DNA of 64,000 nucleotides from Calditrichia bacterium (GTDB lineage Bacteria; Calditrichota; Calditrichia; JAJRVZ01): NCBI GenBank assembly GCA_963796965.1, contig CAWCNS010000009.1, positions 288,001 to 352,000 of the forward strand, read 5' to 3'. Shown piece by piece: positions 1 to 10,990 of this stretch (position 1 is its first letter; each line of letters starts with the position of its first letter). The notes under the pieces were generated by a model. It saw only the letters and a program-made list of their open reading frames with translations, ran no database searches and was not told where the DNA came from. The position numbers and the translations under genes were made by a program.

Positions 1-620
1 AAGCAGGGTAATCTTCTGGCGCACCAGGAATTCTTCCATCCAAATAATAGAATCAATATCCAGATGATTGGTCGGTTCATCTAATAATAACAGATCAGGC
101 TTTGATACCAGGGCGGCCGCCAGCATCACTCTTCGTTTCTGTCCACCGGATAGAGTGTTGTATTGACAATCGGCGGGCAAAGCCATGCGTGAAAGAATCT
201 GATTAATCTCCTCAACAGCTCCCCAGGCATTATGCGCATCTATCTCGTCATGAAGTTCGTTATAGGCCTGATGATCGCCGTCCGGATTCTCCGCAAGGCG
301 TATTTCTTCCAAGATGATATTTCTCCAGAAGTTCACCCTGGATCCCCAATCCTTTGGCAACAATATGAAACACCGTACTATCCAAATCCTCCGGAATTTC
401 CTGACTAAAATAGGAGATGCGGGTTGTCTGTCCTTTTTGAACCAGACCCTCATCAGGTAGAATTTCCCCCGCCAAAATTTTCATCAGGGTGGATTTGCCG
501 CTACCATTTCTGCCCAGCAGGCAGATGCGTTGACTACTTTTCAATCTGCAAACTTATAGAATCAAGTACAAGAGGACCACCGAAATGAATGTTAATATTT
601 TGTAAGGCGATTAAGGACAT
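1..620 (-). CDS. uup: ABC-F family ATPase (Uup-like), 5' part, runs off window; frameshifts near 540 and 312
   Basis: ATG at 620 gives [20 protein letters not shown]; Walker [10 protein letters not shown]; next frame gives signature LSGGQKRR and Walker [13 protein letters not shown] typical of ABC-F. Confidence 0.8.
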
Positions 621-730
621 TTTCCCTAAGAGTTAATCTGTTAATGATGGGTCATTATTACCACACCCTGTGCACCAGGGATCAAATTTATTCATAATTC
701 TCATTAAATACTTAAAATAAATATAATGAA

Positions 731-1330
731 CCTTAGCGTTCTTTGCGGCTTTGCGGCGCTGCGTGAGAAAAAGATAAACACACCCCACACAAAGCAGGCA
801 AAAGGACACGAAAGACTACCACAAAGGACACAGAGAAAAGACTATAGATATATTTTGTATTTCGGTTAGTAAAGATATAGGATTTAAAAATAAAGTTTAG
901 GATGATCGAGATCTAAAAACCTAAATATTTTTTGCTTTTCTCTGCGGCTCCGCGCCTCTGCGTGAGAAAAAGACTAAACACAAAGCACACAAAGCAGGCA
1001 CAAAGGACACAGAGAAAAGACTATATATATATTTTGTATTTCGGTTTAGTAAAGATTGTGAATAGGGTCCCTTTACTCAAAATAAAATTTAGGATGATCG
1101 AGAATTTAAAAACCTAAATTTTTTTTGCTTTTCTCTGCGGCTCCGCGCCTCTGCGTGAGAAAAAACTAAACACAAAGCACACAAAGCAGGCACAAAGGAC
1201 ACAGAGAAAAGACTATATATATATTTTGTATTTCGGTTAGTAAACAGATAGGGTTTAAAAAGAAAGTTTAGGGGCATCGAGATCTAAAACCCCAAAATTT
1301 TTTATTTTTCTCTGCGTCTCTGCGAGAAAA
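731..1330 (+). repeat. Tandem array of three ~190-200 bp structured elements (family A)
   Basis: TAAACAC... left arm at ~776, 976, 1167; conserved core TATTTCGGTTAGTAAA...TTTAGGATGATCGAGATCTAAAAACCTAAA; right arm TTTTCTCTGCGGCTCCGCGCCTCTGCGTGAGAAAA. Confidence 0.95.
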
Positions 1331-1343
1331 TATATAAGAATGT

Positions 1344-2023
1344 CTAATCTTTGATACAACGAACCGAAAGCCCATTTCCTTTACTATGAGAATACCTTAC
1401 AATTTTATATCGGAGAAATACAGATAACGGTACCAGGCATAGGCGGTGGCATCATAATAATAGGATGTATCCTCTGTAGAACTCCACCAAACACCCAGAT
1501 ATCCAATGCTCCCCAAATAACCATCATCAGCGCAGGCGCCACCAGGCAGAGCCGTGAACTGGCTGTGGTTAGTGCCGTTGCCCCCTTCTTTCCAGTCGCT
1601 GTTGTTTTTTAGTTTGCTTCCAGCGATCTCCTCTCCCCCTAAATAATTAACCAATTCCGTCCACTCCGCATCAGTAGGTACATGCCAACCGGCAGGGGCC
1701 AGACCCCTGGCATCGGTTACCGTATACCAGCTATACAATCTACCGTATTTTTTACCGTTTGCCGGATCATAACCATAATATGACCAGACTGGTTTTTTAT
1801 CGATAAATGCTTGCTGCCATTCGGTTCGGGTTCTGGCTTCTGCAATAGGATCACCGTTTCTGAAAGTATCTACATTCAGGTTTTCAACCATCCATTCCTG
1901 GTCGCCAATTTTAATGGTTTTAAGGACCTTGCCATCCAGGCCATATTCATCCCCATTAAGGGCCGTAAAACCCATGACGCCTATAAGGAGATATGTTGAT
2001 ATAAAGATTTTTTTAATTGTCAT
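1344..2023 (-). CDS. Fibrobacter succinogenes major paralogous (FISUMP) domain secreted protein; frameshift near 1403
   Basis: Signal peptide; motifs KIGDQEWMVENL, YGRLYSWY, APAGWHVPTDAEW, FTALPGG, WWSST; shifted frame supplies the family ending GLSVRCIKD-stop at 1344. Confidence 0.9.
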
Positions 2024-2256
2024 TTTGACCTGTTTTTATTTAGCATGATTTATTCATACTGCAGTCTATTACTGCAAACAAAATATATTTTCTTCTCTGT
2101 CATTCCTTAGGAATCTTCCTAACTTGTCGAGATTGAATCTGCACCCAGTAAGATCCTATCAGGATGACGACAAAACATTGTTATAATAGCAAAGATTTTT
2201 TCAGATCTATCATAGCGCAGCATTCCGAAACTTCGAGAGAAATTAAAAAGAAAAAG

Positions 2257-2333
2257 TCCACGAATTACACGAAATTCGCGAATTGGAATATATATTCTTT
2301 TTGAAATTCGTGTTAATTAGTGTAATTCGTGGA
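2257..2333. repeat. 9-bp-periodic inverted repeat (CACGAATTA type)
   Basis: CCACGAATTACACGAAATTCGCGAATT ... AATTCGTGTTAATTAGTGTAATTCGTGG. Confidence 0.8.
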
Positions 2334-2343
2334 TAATAATTTT

Positions 2344-4767
2344 CTAAAATTTTGTAAACTGAAAAGCAAATAGTTTGGCTTCACGCATTTCGAACTGCAA
2401 TTGTACGGTCTTGCCGGCGTGAGCGCTGAGGTCGGACCTACCCTTCCAGGTGACGATTTGTCGGACGGAATCCATTTGGATGGGATCACAATCCTCAAGA
2501 CCAAAACCGGGTAAGGGTTTACCCTGCTGATCAAGAAGTGCTACCCGAACCCTGCCTCTGGCATTTACGTTGAGTTCGAGTTGCTGCCCACTAAAGGATA
2601 GGGGTTTTGTCAGCACTCTTCCTGTTGCCTCCCCGGCGTCCAGGGAGACAAAACCATCCAGGCGTTGGGTAAGTTTTATTAAGCGGTCAAAACCGGAGCC
2701 GTCATGCTCGACACCCCCATAGACCGCCCCGCCATGTTCGGTAAAGCGGACCGTCCCATATTGCCAGATTTCGTCGCCGCGACGAACCATCCCCTGCTCC
2801 ATCAAGGCTTCCATCACCTGCCGCCCTTCCAGCTCCCAACCGGATGCAAAATAATAAGGCCGTTCATAACCCTGCCAATCCTCCCCATCGCGGCTGACCA
2901 TCACAAAGGAGCCCGGGCGGATATTGTTCACATGGCGCCAGGGAAAAGCCAGATAGACATCGGGGGCCCAGGGATATTTGATCGCCTTCATGCGGTAGAC
3001 TTCACCGCCGGTATCGATGAGTGGTAACTCGTCACTACCGGGCCGGGGAAGCGTAAAAGCCCAGAGCGGCTCTTGTGCCGGGGTAAAAGGCCAGGGACGC
3101 ATCACATTTTTTGTTTTTGCATAGGCAATCCGCCGTCCTATAAAGGGGGTCACCCGGGGGCTGGCCGCACGCATATAGGCACGATAAAGACCGGCCTGGT
3201 CATCCCAGAAAATTTCACAACTGCCATCCGGGTCAAAAGGGAAAGCGGCACTTTCATTGCGCTGCCAATGCACGCCATCCGCTGAGGTGAGAATATAGTA
3301 CCCACGCCTCATCATCCAGGCCATGAGTTTATAACGCTGGTGGGCAGGTGCATTCGGGTTCCGATCCCTGATGACCGTGCCCTGAAGGGCATTGCGCAGG
3401 ACGATATTATTTTTAGTTGAACCATTCCAGGCATGTAATCCTAACTCGGGTTTTTCCCAGTGCAGACCATCAGATGAGGTGGTCAGACATATGGCCGGAT
3501 CTTTGCCTCCCCACATGCCACTGTTGCTGTAGAGCATACCGATCTTATCTCCATCATCCCAAAAAGAACAGATGTCAGGTATCGCCGCCCCCATACGCGG
3601 GGTCGGTTCCCAGGGATGGATATTACGGAAATCGGTCACCTCCATGCGAAGGGGTGGATTTGACGTCAAGCGGATCGTTTCATCCATGTGGTCAATAAGG
3701 GCCTTGTCGATAAATAAATGTTTACGTGATCCCAGTGGTACAGGTCCCGTAGACGCCATCGAACCAAATAACAGGGGCGGACCATTGGCTTTTCCGCTCA
3801 GGGGAGGCTGTGACCCAAAGTTTTGTGAGAAACTGCCCGGCGGCTCAAAATTATCCGTATAACGCACAACAGAAGAGATGCGAAACTCATCTATCGCTCC
3901 GATCAATTCCTGTCCACCCTCCCCATCGCGTCCCAAGGTCATGAATTCCAACAGACCCGTAAGCGGCAGAAATCCACCTATCTTTGGTAATGGCTGCAGA
4001 CGACCATCCAGATAATGACGCATCTGGTGCTCGCTCGCCGTATAGGTAAAAGCCAGATGATGCCATTTTCCGTCATTGAGCTGGCCTGGATCCGTCTCCA
4101 TCTCCACATGGGGATCCCAATTCACCAGGCGTGTCCCATCCTGTCGGGTCATGTTTCCACGTAGCAAAAATCTTGTACAGGCGCTATCCAGCACTAAAGC
4201 GTTATAATGGACATGTGCCTTTTTTACCCCCGTTTTTCCATTGCCCTCGTTGCGTATCTCCCAGACCACCCCGGGCCCGGTTTGTTCTCCAATGGCCTTA
4301 AACCAGAACTCGATGGTATAATCCAGATAGCCCAGGTTGCAGATCTCCGGCACCTCGTCACGGCGATCACCCATCCGCGCTGTTCCGATATTCGAGCGCC
4401 ATATCCCCTCCGCCCAGCTCACCCCCGTATTTTCACCCATGGGTAGAAAGAGGGCGCCGCCATAGCGGCCCGGAAGCAAACCACGCCGGCCATCAGTCAC
4501 GCTCTCAGGCAGCGGTTTGCCATAGCCGGTGTTTAGACGCAGATCTAATTGCATCGGCCCCGCATCGGTCAGGGTCACATTGTTATAGGGTGGATCATCA
4601 AAGAGCCATAAGGCAATGGTATGTTCGTCTACACCGGGGCTGACCTGATTCGCATTCTCCAGTTGCTCTGCCATACATAGATAGGGTGATAATGTTAGGA
4701 TTACCGCCAGGATACCTATCTGGACGATTTTATTTTGATATTTCACAGTTTGGAGATCCCCTTTCAC
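2344..4767 (-). CDS. Secreted protein: LamG/concanavalin-like domain plus five-bladed beta-propeller glycosidase-like domain
   Basis: Signal peptide; LamG motifs TIEFWFK, DGKWHHLAFTY, IDEFRIS; propeller repeats SSDGLHWEKP, SADGVHW, SRDGEDW; C-terminal RLDGFVSLDAG. Confidence 0.75.
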   Translation of the reverse strand: MKGDLQTVKYQNKIVQIGILAVILTLSPYLCMAEQLENANQVSPGVDEHTIALWLFDDPPYNNVTLTDAGPMQLDLRLNTGYGKPLPESVTDGRRGLLPGRYGGALFLPMGENTGVSWAEGIWRSNIGTARMGDRRDEVPEICNLGYLDYTIEFWFKAIGEQTGPGVVWEIRNEGNGKTGVKKAHVHYNALVLDSACTRFLLRGNMTRQDGTRLVNWDPHVEMETDPGQLNDGKWHHLAFTYTASEHQMRHYLDGRLQPLPKIGGFLPLTGLLEFMTLGRDGEGGQELIGAIDEFRISSVVRYTDNFEPPGSFSQNFGSQPPLSGKANGPPLLFGSMASTGPVPLGSRKHLFIDKALIDHMDETIRLTSNPPLRMEVTDFRNIHPWEPTPRMGAAIPDICSFWDDGDKIGMLYSNSGMWGGKDPAICLTTSSDGLHWEKPELGLHAWNGSTKNNIVLRNALQGTVIRDRNPNAPAHQRYKLMAWMMRRGYYILTSADGVHWQRNESAAFPFDPDGSCEIFWDDQAGLYRAYMRAASPRVTPFIGRRIAYAKTKNVMRPWPFTPAQEPLWAFTLPRPGSDELPLIDTGGEVYRMKAIKYPWAPDVYLAFPWRHVNNIRPGSFVMVSRDGEDWQGYERPYYFASGWELEGRQVMEALMEQGMVRRGDEIWQYGTVRFTEHGGAVYGGVEHDGSGFDRLIKLTQRLDGFVSLDAGEATGRVLTKPLSFSGQQLELNVNARGRVRVALLDQQGKPLPGFGLEDCDPIQMDSVRQIVTWKGRSDLSAHAGKTVQLQFEMREAKLFAFQFTKF

Positions 4768-4792
4768 AGAATCACAGTGGCATTGCGAATTT

Positions 4793-7237
4793 TTAATCCT
4801 TATTCAGATGCCAACGACTTTGATTTTTCACTTCAACGCTATAACCATCCGGTACATCGATCTTATAAGTTAGGACGTCTGCCTCTTTCTGCCAGGCTAG
4901 TCTAACGATTTGATCAGCAACCGGCAGTTCTCCCCGGCAGCTGTTTAAATTTATATCGGTAAAGCGCAGGGTAATTATTTTCTGTTTATAATCAATATCA
5001 TAGATTCCAAGAATATCACGATATAAGACATGAACAATATGCGAGGCAAAACCATGGTTACAACTGGCATAGGCGCCGGTATTTTCCCACAGCGTGCCTG
5101 TCCGCTCCGCCATATAATAAAAATTAGCCATCGATTCCCGGACCAGCTGTTCGGTCCGGTCATATCTGGATAAGAGTTCAAGACGCAGATAATTTCCGAT
5201 AAACGCATTGGCTCTGAAAACATTGGGATAGTTATTAGTTTTACGCCCCGGATTGAATTCTGTAAGCAATATTTGCCATAAGTCGTGATGCGTTTCGGGG
5301 GAAGCAACATTAAAAAAGAAAGCATAATATTGACAAACTTCCGTGCTATTTTTGGTAACTTCCAATTCGCCTTTCTTATTTCTTACAGCATTGTCGACAA
5401 AAAATTTACCGTTAAAGGCCTGTTCCTGAATGCACTCACGTATTTTTTCTGCCTCGTCGCTTAATTCAGGCATCTGATACAACCTTCCAGCCGCAGCAAG
5501 TGCAGCATTAAACAACATATTGGTAGGATAATTGACATCCCTTACAAATTTATTTGCCTCTGACCATTCAACAAAAATCCAGCTCTCCAGATTTTCCAGC
5601 AGGCCATCCTGATTTTTAAACGGCTCAAAATACTGAAAGAGTTGTAGTACCTTAGGCTTAAGGGCATCAACCATTTTCCGGTCACCACTGCGTTGCAGAT
5701 ATTCTTCTAATTGAACGACGAACCACAGGGACCAGTTTGGAATAAAAACGCTATCCGGATGATCAGCCGGATAGCACATGGGAAGCATACCTTCCGGCAG
5801 GTGTTCAAATTTATCCGGTAACAAAAAGTTTTCATAAAAATTCTTTTCAATTAAACTGTTACCCGACAGATCCATCGCCACACGCGCTGTAAAATAGCTG
5901 TCACATAACCAGCCGGCTCGCTCACGCGACGGACAGTCCATAAAGATGTCGACAGCGTTTTGTCTGAAGGTTTCACGACCGGCAGTAAAGATCTGATTGA
6001 GTGAATCATTGCTGGAATGGAAACCTGCTCTGGCGATATCGGCATTGACATATTCTCTGAGATAAATGTCCTTGACTTCACAAGTCCCTTTCAGCACAAC
6101 TATCTTCAGATAACGCAACGTGTAGGGTTCAAAGGATTCTACCTGATAGGTGCCAGGTTCCAGCTCATAGCTGACGATATTGATACAGCCCAGGCGTCTG
6201 AAATTCACATCATCGTTTGACAGGATTTCATCAAAAACAAAAAACAGAGTTGTTTTTTCGCTGCAGGAAATTGTGCCGCCCATAAAACCGGATAAATTTA
6301 CACCAAAATCTATAATTGAGAAGGAATTCCGGGAAAGATGCAGGGGTGTTGCGTCAGGATAACTCTTTTCAATCATTTGTTGGTCGATTATTTCGGTTTC
6401 CTGCATGGTGAAAGATGGATTGACCGCCAACTCATCTTCCCTGTACCCGCCAAATTTTTCCCCAATCCTTGTCAAAGACCTGTCTTTCCAGTATTTCTCG
6501 ACCTTTTTTCCAGAGATTATTTTTCCCTGGGAATGAATTTTTAGCGGCGTTCTTTTTTGAAATTCGGCATAGGTGACACCGCGTCGTATCAGTTTTTTTT
6601 CAGGCATTTCGATGCAAAGGTCTTTTTGTAAAGGGATTGAAAGATCCTGCCGCCACCGGGTCGATTGCGGATTTAATTGATAACACTCTATAAAGGGACG
6701 CTGAAAACTGAATCTCGGTACTTTTTGAATGCGTTCTGAAACAATCTGCGTTTCAAATCCGCCCCCCTTTTTACCTGTCGCACATATCACCTGATCAGAG
6801 CCAAGGACTTCAGCCTGTAAAAAAGCAGGCTGATCAAGCAAATAATAACTGTTAACATTGTACCCGACGACCTCAATAGCAATACTATTCACACCCGATT
6901 GCATAAGATCCCTTAATGGCCACTCGTCAATACGATAGAAACCATGCGCCGCCCGTGCCGGGCCATGGCCGATGAACTGACCGTTCAAATAAATCCGGTA
7001 AAGGGTTGAAGCGGCAATTCTTATAAGGACCTCTTCCGATTCAGGTTTATTAAAAGCAGCCCGAAATCCCAGGGTAAGATTTTTTTCTTCATCTCTGTCT
7101 TTGATCCAGACGGGTTTTGCTTCCAGGAATTGAGCAACGCCTTTGATCTCTGCCCCAGCGTTTAGTTTGTCTTTACATTGATTAAAATTGGAAACAATAA
7201 ATAGGAAAATCATCATAGGTAAAATTAGTTTTCTCAT
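4793..7237 (-). CDS. Alpha-L-rhamnosidase family protein (GH78)
   Basis: N-terminal YLNGQFIGHGPAR; IIDFGVNLSG; catalytic region FMDCPSRERAGWLCD; GTLWE and SCNHGF. Confidence 0.88.
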   Translation of the reverse strand: MRKLILPMMIFLFIVSNFNQCKDKLNAGAEIKGVAQFLEAKPVWIKDRDEEKNLTLGFRAAFNKPESEEVLIRIAASTLYRIYLNGQFIGHGPARAAHGFYRIDEWPLRDLMQSGVNSIAIEVVGYNVNSYYLLDQPAFLQAEVLGSDQVICATGKKGGGFETQIVSERIQKVPRFSFQRPFIECYQLNPQSTRWRQDLSIPLQKDLCIEMPEKKLIRRGVTYAEFQKRTPLKIHSQGKIISGKKVEKYWKDRSLTRIGEKFGGYREDELAVNPSFTMQETEIIDQQMIEKSYPDATPLHLSRNSFSIIDFGVNLSGFMGGTISCSEKTTLFFVFDEILSNDDVNFRRLGCINIVSYELEPGTYQVESFEPYTLRYLKIVVLKGTCEVKDIYLREYVNADIARAGFHSSNDSLNQIFTAGRETFRQNAVDIFMDCPSRERAGWLCDSYFTARVAMDLSGNSLIEKNFYENFLLPDKFEHLPEGMLPMCYPADHPDSVFIPNWSLWFVVQLEEYLQRSGDRKMVDALKPKVLQLFQYFEPFKNQDGLLENLESWIFVEWSEANKFVRDVNYPTNMLFNAALAAAGRLYQMPELSDEAEKIRECIQEQAFNGKFFVDNAVRNKKGELEVTKNSTEVCQYYAFFFNVASPETHHDLWQILLTEFNPGRKTNNYPNVFRANAFIGNYLRLELLSRYDRTEQLVRESMANFYYMAERTGTLWENTGAYASCNHGFASHIVHVLYRDILGIYDIDYKQKIITLRFTDINLNSCRGELPVADQIVRLAWQKEADVLTYKIDVPDGYSVEVKNQSRWHLNKD

Positions 7238-7409
7238 GCTTCATTTTCTTTCTTTTTTGTCAAGCCCCATAGATTTTTATCCACAAATCGTTCACCTATA
7301 TGCCATATATAAAAAAAATAAGCAAATACGAATATATAAAAAACTATAATTGATAACAGGAATATAAGAAAAATCTAAACATGTATGATGCTATTTTCAG
7401 GGAATATAG

Positions 7410-7508
7410 ATTAAAGATAAGCAAGATCTAAAACCCTAAAATCTTTTCTCTGCGGACTCTGCGCTCGCTTTGCCACGCCACCGGCAGGCAGGTCTCTGCG
7501 TGAAAAAA
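7410..7508 (+). repeat. Family A element, 3' half, with nested CCGGCAGGCAGG insert
   Basis: AAGATAAGCAAGATCTAAAACCCTAAAATCTTTTCTCTGCGGACTCTGCG...CTCTGCGTGAAAAAA. Confidence 0.85.
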
Positions 7509-7592
7509 GAACACCAGGGGAACCATGACAATCCCTAAAAATTGCTAAAGATCACAGTCTCTTTAAGGAGCAATTCCTACTTAAAATTTTCC

Positions 7593-7670
7593 TTGCCATT
7601 TGAACCAATCCTAATTAGTTTACACTGTAGTCCTTCCTATTTCTAATGCATAGTGTTTATTCTGACTGGG
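7593..7670 (+). promoter_or_regulatory. Sigma70-like promoter/leader module, copy 1
   Basis: TTGCCA-N17-TAGTTT followed by TCCTTCCTATTTCTAATGCA; homologous copies at 10790 and 33400. Confidence 0.7.
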
Positions 7671-7767
7671 TAAATATTTTCAAATCTTGACTTCACTGTT
7701 TGGTATTTGATTGGCAGAAACGTTTCCTAAATAAAAACTAATTCCAAATTACGAATTACCACTTACT

Positions 7768-9321
7768 ATGATCGGTAAAACAATATCTCATTACAAAATC
7801 CTGGAAGAGTTAGGGCGGGGCGGGATGGGGATCGTCTATAAAGCCCGGGACCTCAAATTGGATCGTTTTGTTGCCCTCAAATTCCTTTCTATGCATCTTA
7901 CTTCCAGCGAAGAGGAGAAACAGCGCTTTATTGTCGAGGCCAAGGCGGCCTCCTCCTTGCAACATCATAACATTTGTACCATCCATGAGATCGATGAGGC
8001 CGATGATGGGCAAATGTATATTGTAATGGATTATTATGAGGGTGAAACCCTTAAGGATAAGATTAAAGATAAAAGATTGAAGATTAATGAAGCGATTGAT
8101 TATACCATTCAAATCGCAGAGGGATTAAAAAAAGCACACGAAAAGGGAATCATCCATAAAGATATCAAACCAGCCAATATTATTATCACAAATGATAATG
8201 AGGTAAAAATACTGGATTTTGGGCTTTCCAAGTTTAAGGGCCATTCTGATCTAGCCAGAAGTAATTATACAGCAGGCACACTATCTTATATGTCTCCGGA
8301 GCAATTATGGGATAATTCAATCGATTCAAAAACAGATATCTGGTCTTTAGGTGTGGTACTATTTGAAATGTTGAGCGGACAATTACCTTTTAGCGGCAAT
8401 ATCGATCAGGCAATCATTTATTCGATTTCCAAGGAAAAACCTAAGTCATTAACAAATCTGGATAGTAAAGTATCAAAAAGATTTGAGCAGATTATCTTCA
8501 AAGCCCTTGAAAAAAATACGGAAAACCGATATCAGACCATTGGGGATATGCTCCAGGATCTACAATTAACGTCAGAATTAAACAATGATAGAAGACGATC
8601 GCCAAAAAAATATTCTAAAAGATCAATTTACTGGATTACCGGGTCAATACTCTTTATGGTTCTCATACTCCTCGGATCCTATCTATTTAAACCCGTTTCA
8701 CTATATTATGACTATAGAAAGGTTATCGCTGTTGTTCCTTTTGAAAATTTAAGTAAGCATGGAGAATACGAATATATTTCCGATGCTATTTCAGAAGACA
8801 TTAGGCGACAACTCTCTAGGATCAGCAGTATTGAAGTCATTTCCAGGGAGCGCATGGATGCTTACAAAGACTCAATTAATAGTCAGAGTGTAATCGAAGA
8901 AAACTTACATATCGGTACGCTGTTGAAAGGTTCTGTAAAACGTAAGGGTATTCATGTTAATATCCTGATAGCATTGTATGATGCAAGGACGGGTGAGCAA
9001 CTCTGGAGGAAAAATTACGATCAGGGATTTGAAGACATTTTTGGAATACAAAATGATATCGTTGAAAGAATTGCACTGGCATTAGATATAGAACTTACAG
9101 TGAATGAAAAAAACAAGATTACTCAGAAACCAACATCAAACATAACCGCTTACGATTACTATCTTGAAGGTAGGGAGCATCTTTACCATGGTCGTATACA
9201 ATATGCAATCGACTGCTTTAATATGGCCTTTCGTCTTGATCCTTCTTATAGTCAGGCCTATACAAGTCTTGCTCAGGTAAGATCCTATGGCGCCTGGATA
9301 GTCATTCTCTCCGGAAACTGA
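7768..9321 (+). CDS. Hanks-type Ser/Thr protein kinase with TM helix, TolB-N/FlgO-like domain and TPR (short C-terminus)
   Basis: GRGGMGIVY, VALKFL, HKDIKPAN, DFGL, YMSPEQ, DIWSLGV; IAVVPFENLS; AYDYYLEG TPR start. Confidence 0.92.
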   Translation: MIGKTISHYKILEELGRGGMGIVYKARDLKLDRFVALKFLSMHLTSSEEEKQRFIVEAKAASSLQHHNICTIHEIDEADDGQMYIVMDYYEGETLKDKIKDKRLKINEAIDYTIQIAEGLKKAHEKGIIHKDIKPANIIITNDNEVKILDFGLSKFKGHSDLARSNYTAGTLSYMSPEQLWDNSIDSKTDIWSLGVVLFEMLSGQLPFSGNIDQAIIYSISKEKPKSLTNLDSKVSKRFEQIIFKALEKNTENRYQTIGDMLQDLQLTSELNNDRRRSPKKYSKRSIYWITGSILFMVLILLGSYLFKPVSLYYDYRKVIAVVPFENLSKHGEYEYISDAISEDIRRQLSRISSIEVISRERMDAYKDSINSQSVIEENLHIGTLLKGSVKRKGIHVNILIALYDARTGEQLWRKNYDQGFEDIFGIQNDIVERIALALDIELTVNEKNKITQKPTSNITAYDYYLEGREHLYHGRIQYAIDCFNMAFRLDPSYSQAYTSLAQVRSYGAWIVILSGN

Positions 9322-9384
9322 ATGCTTCGTATTTCAGATTTTTGCCTCATGATGTTCCATCTATCACAAATAAGTTACTATAAA

Positions 9385-9768
9385 TCAATGGGGGACTTCA
9401 ATCTGTAAAGTATAGAATATAGGCGCGGAGATTATACTTGGTCTTGTTGGACTTGTACATCCGCGCGTCCAGACATGAACTTTAGTATGGCTTAAGGCAG
9501 ATGCTAATGCTACCTGTAACATGGCTTTAGTTCTATCATCCGATACTGGCCATTTTGATTTTGCAAAAGTTTGTAGATCGCATCCATGTTGAGGATCAAA
9601 ATTGCTACCATGATCAATATCATTGACATTGATAAGTAAAGAATTATCTTCCTGAATTCGAACTTTGTAGATATAACTATAATCTTTGTGAAATTCCTGG
9701 GCCGATAAATATACTATAATACCAAAAACACAAATTACATTAGCAGAAATAATTATCATACGTTTCAT
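9385..9768 (-). CDS. Small secreted protein, paralog of 9902..10264
   Basis: RBS GGAGG, signal peptide ending LSA-Q, Cys pair in QHGCD and WTRGC. Confidence 0.85.
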   Translation of the reverse strand: MKRMIIISANVICVFGIIVYLSAQEFHKDYSYIYKVRIQEDNSLLINVNDIDHGSNFDPQHGCDLQTFAKSKWPVSDDRTKAMLQVALASALSHTKVHVWTRGCTSPTRPSIISAPIFYTLQIEVPH

Positions 9769-9901
9769 TTAAACCTCCCCATGTTTATTATATCAAAGAT
9801 TAGGTCCTAAAAATATCTGGAGATTATTTAACGCATATAGTAACATTTTAAGTTTCCTCTTTAAAAACTCAAAACCAAAAATAAATATTCTAAGATACAA
9901 A

Positions 9902-10264
9902 TTAATGGGTGACTTGAAGCTGCAAACGATAGAATACCGGCTTTAAATCTTCACATCCACGTGTCCAAACATGAACCGGAGAATGACTTAATGCAGAGGC
10001 AAGTGCAACCTGCAACATGGCCTTGGTTCTATCATCAGAAAGAGGCCATTGCGATTTTGTATACGTTTGTGTATCACATCCATGTTGGGAATCAAGATTC
10101 GGACCTATATCTTCATCAATGACATTGATGTATAAATAATTGTCTTCATGAATTTGAACTTTGTAGATATAACTATAATTTTTGTGATAATTTTGGGCAG
10201 ACAAATACAATATCATTCCAAAAATCATAATAGCACTCGCAGAAATAATGATAATGCGTTTCAT
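9902..10264 (-). CDS. Small secreted protein, paralog of 9385..9768
   Basis: RBS GAGGAGG, signal peptide, shared SDDRTKAMLQVALASALSH.VHVWTRGC. Confidence 0.85.
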   Translation of the reverse strand: MKRIIIISASAIMIFGMILYLSAQNYHKNYSYIYKVQIHEDNYLYINVIDEDIGPNLDSQHGCDTQTYTKSQWPLSDDRTKAMLQVALASALSHSPVHVWTRGCEDLKPVFYRLQLQVTH

Positions 10265-10532
10265 TCTTACCTCCTCATGATTATTAGATCCAAGATGACC
10301 TCAGGTATAATTGAGAGATTTTGTCGTCTGTTCTGTTTACGGCCCGCACCTGCCGGATACATAAAGGCGCTCCCCGACTGATGTATCATCATCCTGTCGA
10401 CAGGTCGGGAATAATAGAAAAGAAATACTATATTGATGAGGCTCTGTTAGTTGTCGACATTTCCCCAGAAGTAGGGTTGTTGTAGTATCGGTAAAAATGC
10501 ACGATTTTTGGCTTAGTCCCGTAGGACGGGAT

Positions 10533-10620
10533 TTCCCCCTTGAAAAAGGGGGACTAAGGGGGATGTTATTTCTCTGTAAGTTAAGTAAATACATCCCCCT
10601 AACCCCCTTCAAAGGGGGAA
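10533..10620. repeat. GC-clamp palindromic repeat pair (CCCCCTT-N-AAGGGGG type)
   Basis: TTCCCCCTTGAAAAAGGGGGACTAAGGGGGATGT ... ACATCCCCCTAACCCCCTTCAAAGGGGGAA; relatives at ~22660-22720 and 27703-27753. Confidence 0.85.
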
Positions 10621-10789
10621 TAGATTTTGCTTAGCCGGGCAGATATAAATATTTTTCTGCCATAATTATCGAATCTATAACAGCCCCTAGTAAGGAAATT
10701 CACTTATAAAGATATTCAAAAATATCTATAGTGCAAATAGAAAAATTGTCTGAAAGGTATTTTCTTCATATATCCTATTCATATTTTCC

Positions 10790-10865
10790 TTGCCATTTAC
10801 ATACATCATATTTAGTTTACCATGTATTCTTTCCTCTTTCTAATGCACATTGCTCATTCTAACGA
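10790..10865 (+). promoter_or_regulatory. Sigma70-like promoter/leader module, copy 2
   Basis: TTGCCA-N17-TAGTTT followed by TCTTTCCTCTTTCTAATGCA. Confidence 0.7.
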
Positions 10866-10990
10866 TATATATATTGTTTAAATTAAGACGTTTAAGATTG
10901 GCTTATAATCAGTAAACCCATCTCAGTAAGTAATTACCAATTACGGATTACGAATTACGATTTAAAACATTTCTGATTAAAACGGGATTA

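Noticed and set aside
932..1277. ORFs 932..1117 and 1089..1277 (also 27497..27691, 15849..16217, 10337..10612)
   Set aside because: They are translations of repeat elements, with no RBS or recognisable domain
731..1330. CRISPR array
   Set aside because: The period is ~190 bp, the intervening sequences are homologous rather than unique spacers, and no cas genes are present
1344..2023. Diversity-generating retroelement target (FISUMP domain)
   Set aside because: No reverse transcriptase and no template repeat differing at adenines was seen in the window
2704..6544. Numerous antisense and alternate-frame ORFs within long genes (also throughout the window)
   Set aside because: Shadow ORFs of well-supported CDSs with no independent motifs
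7711..7728. Sigma54 promoter TGGCAG-N5-TTTC before kinase 1
   Set aside because: The -12 GC is absent, and a better sigma70-like promoter lies upstream
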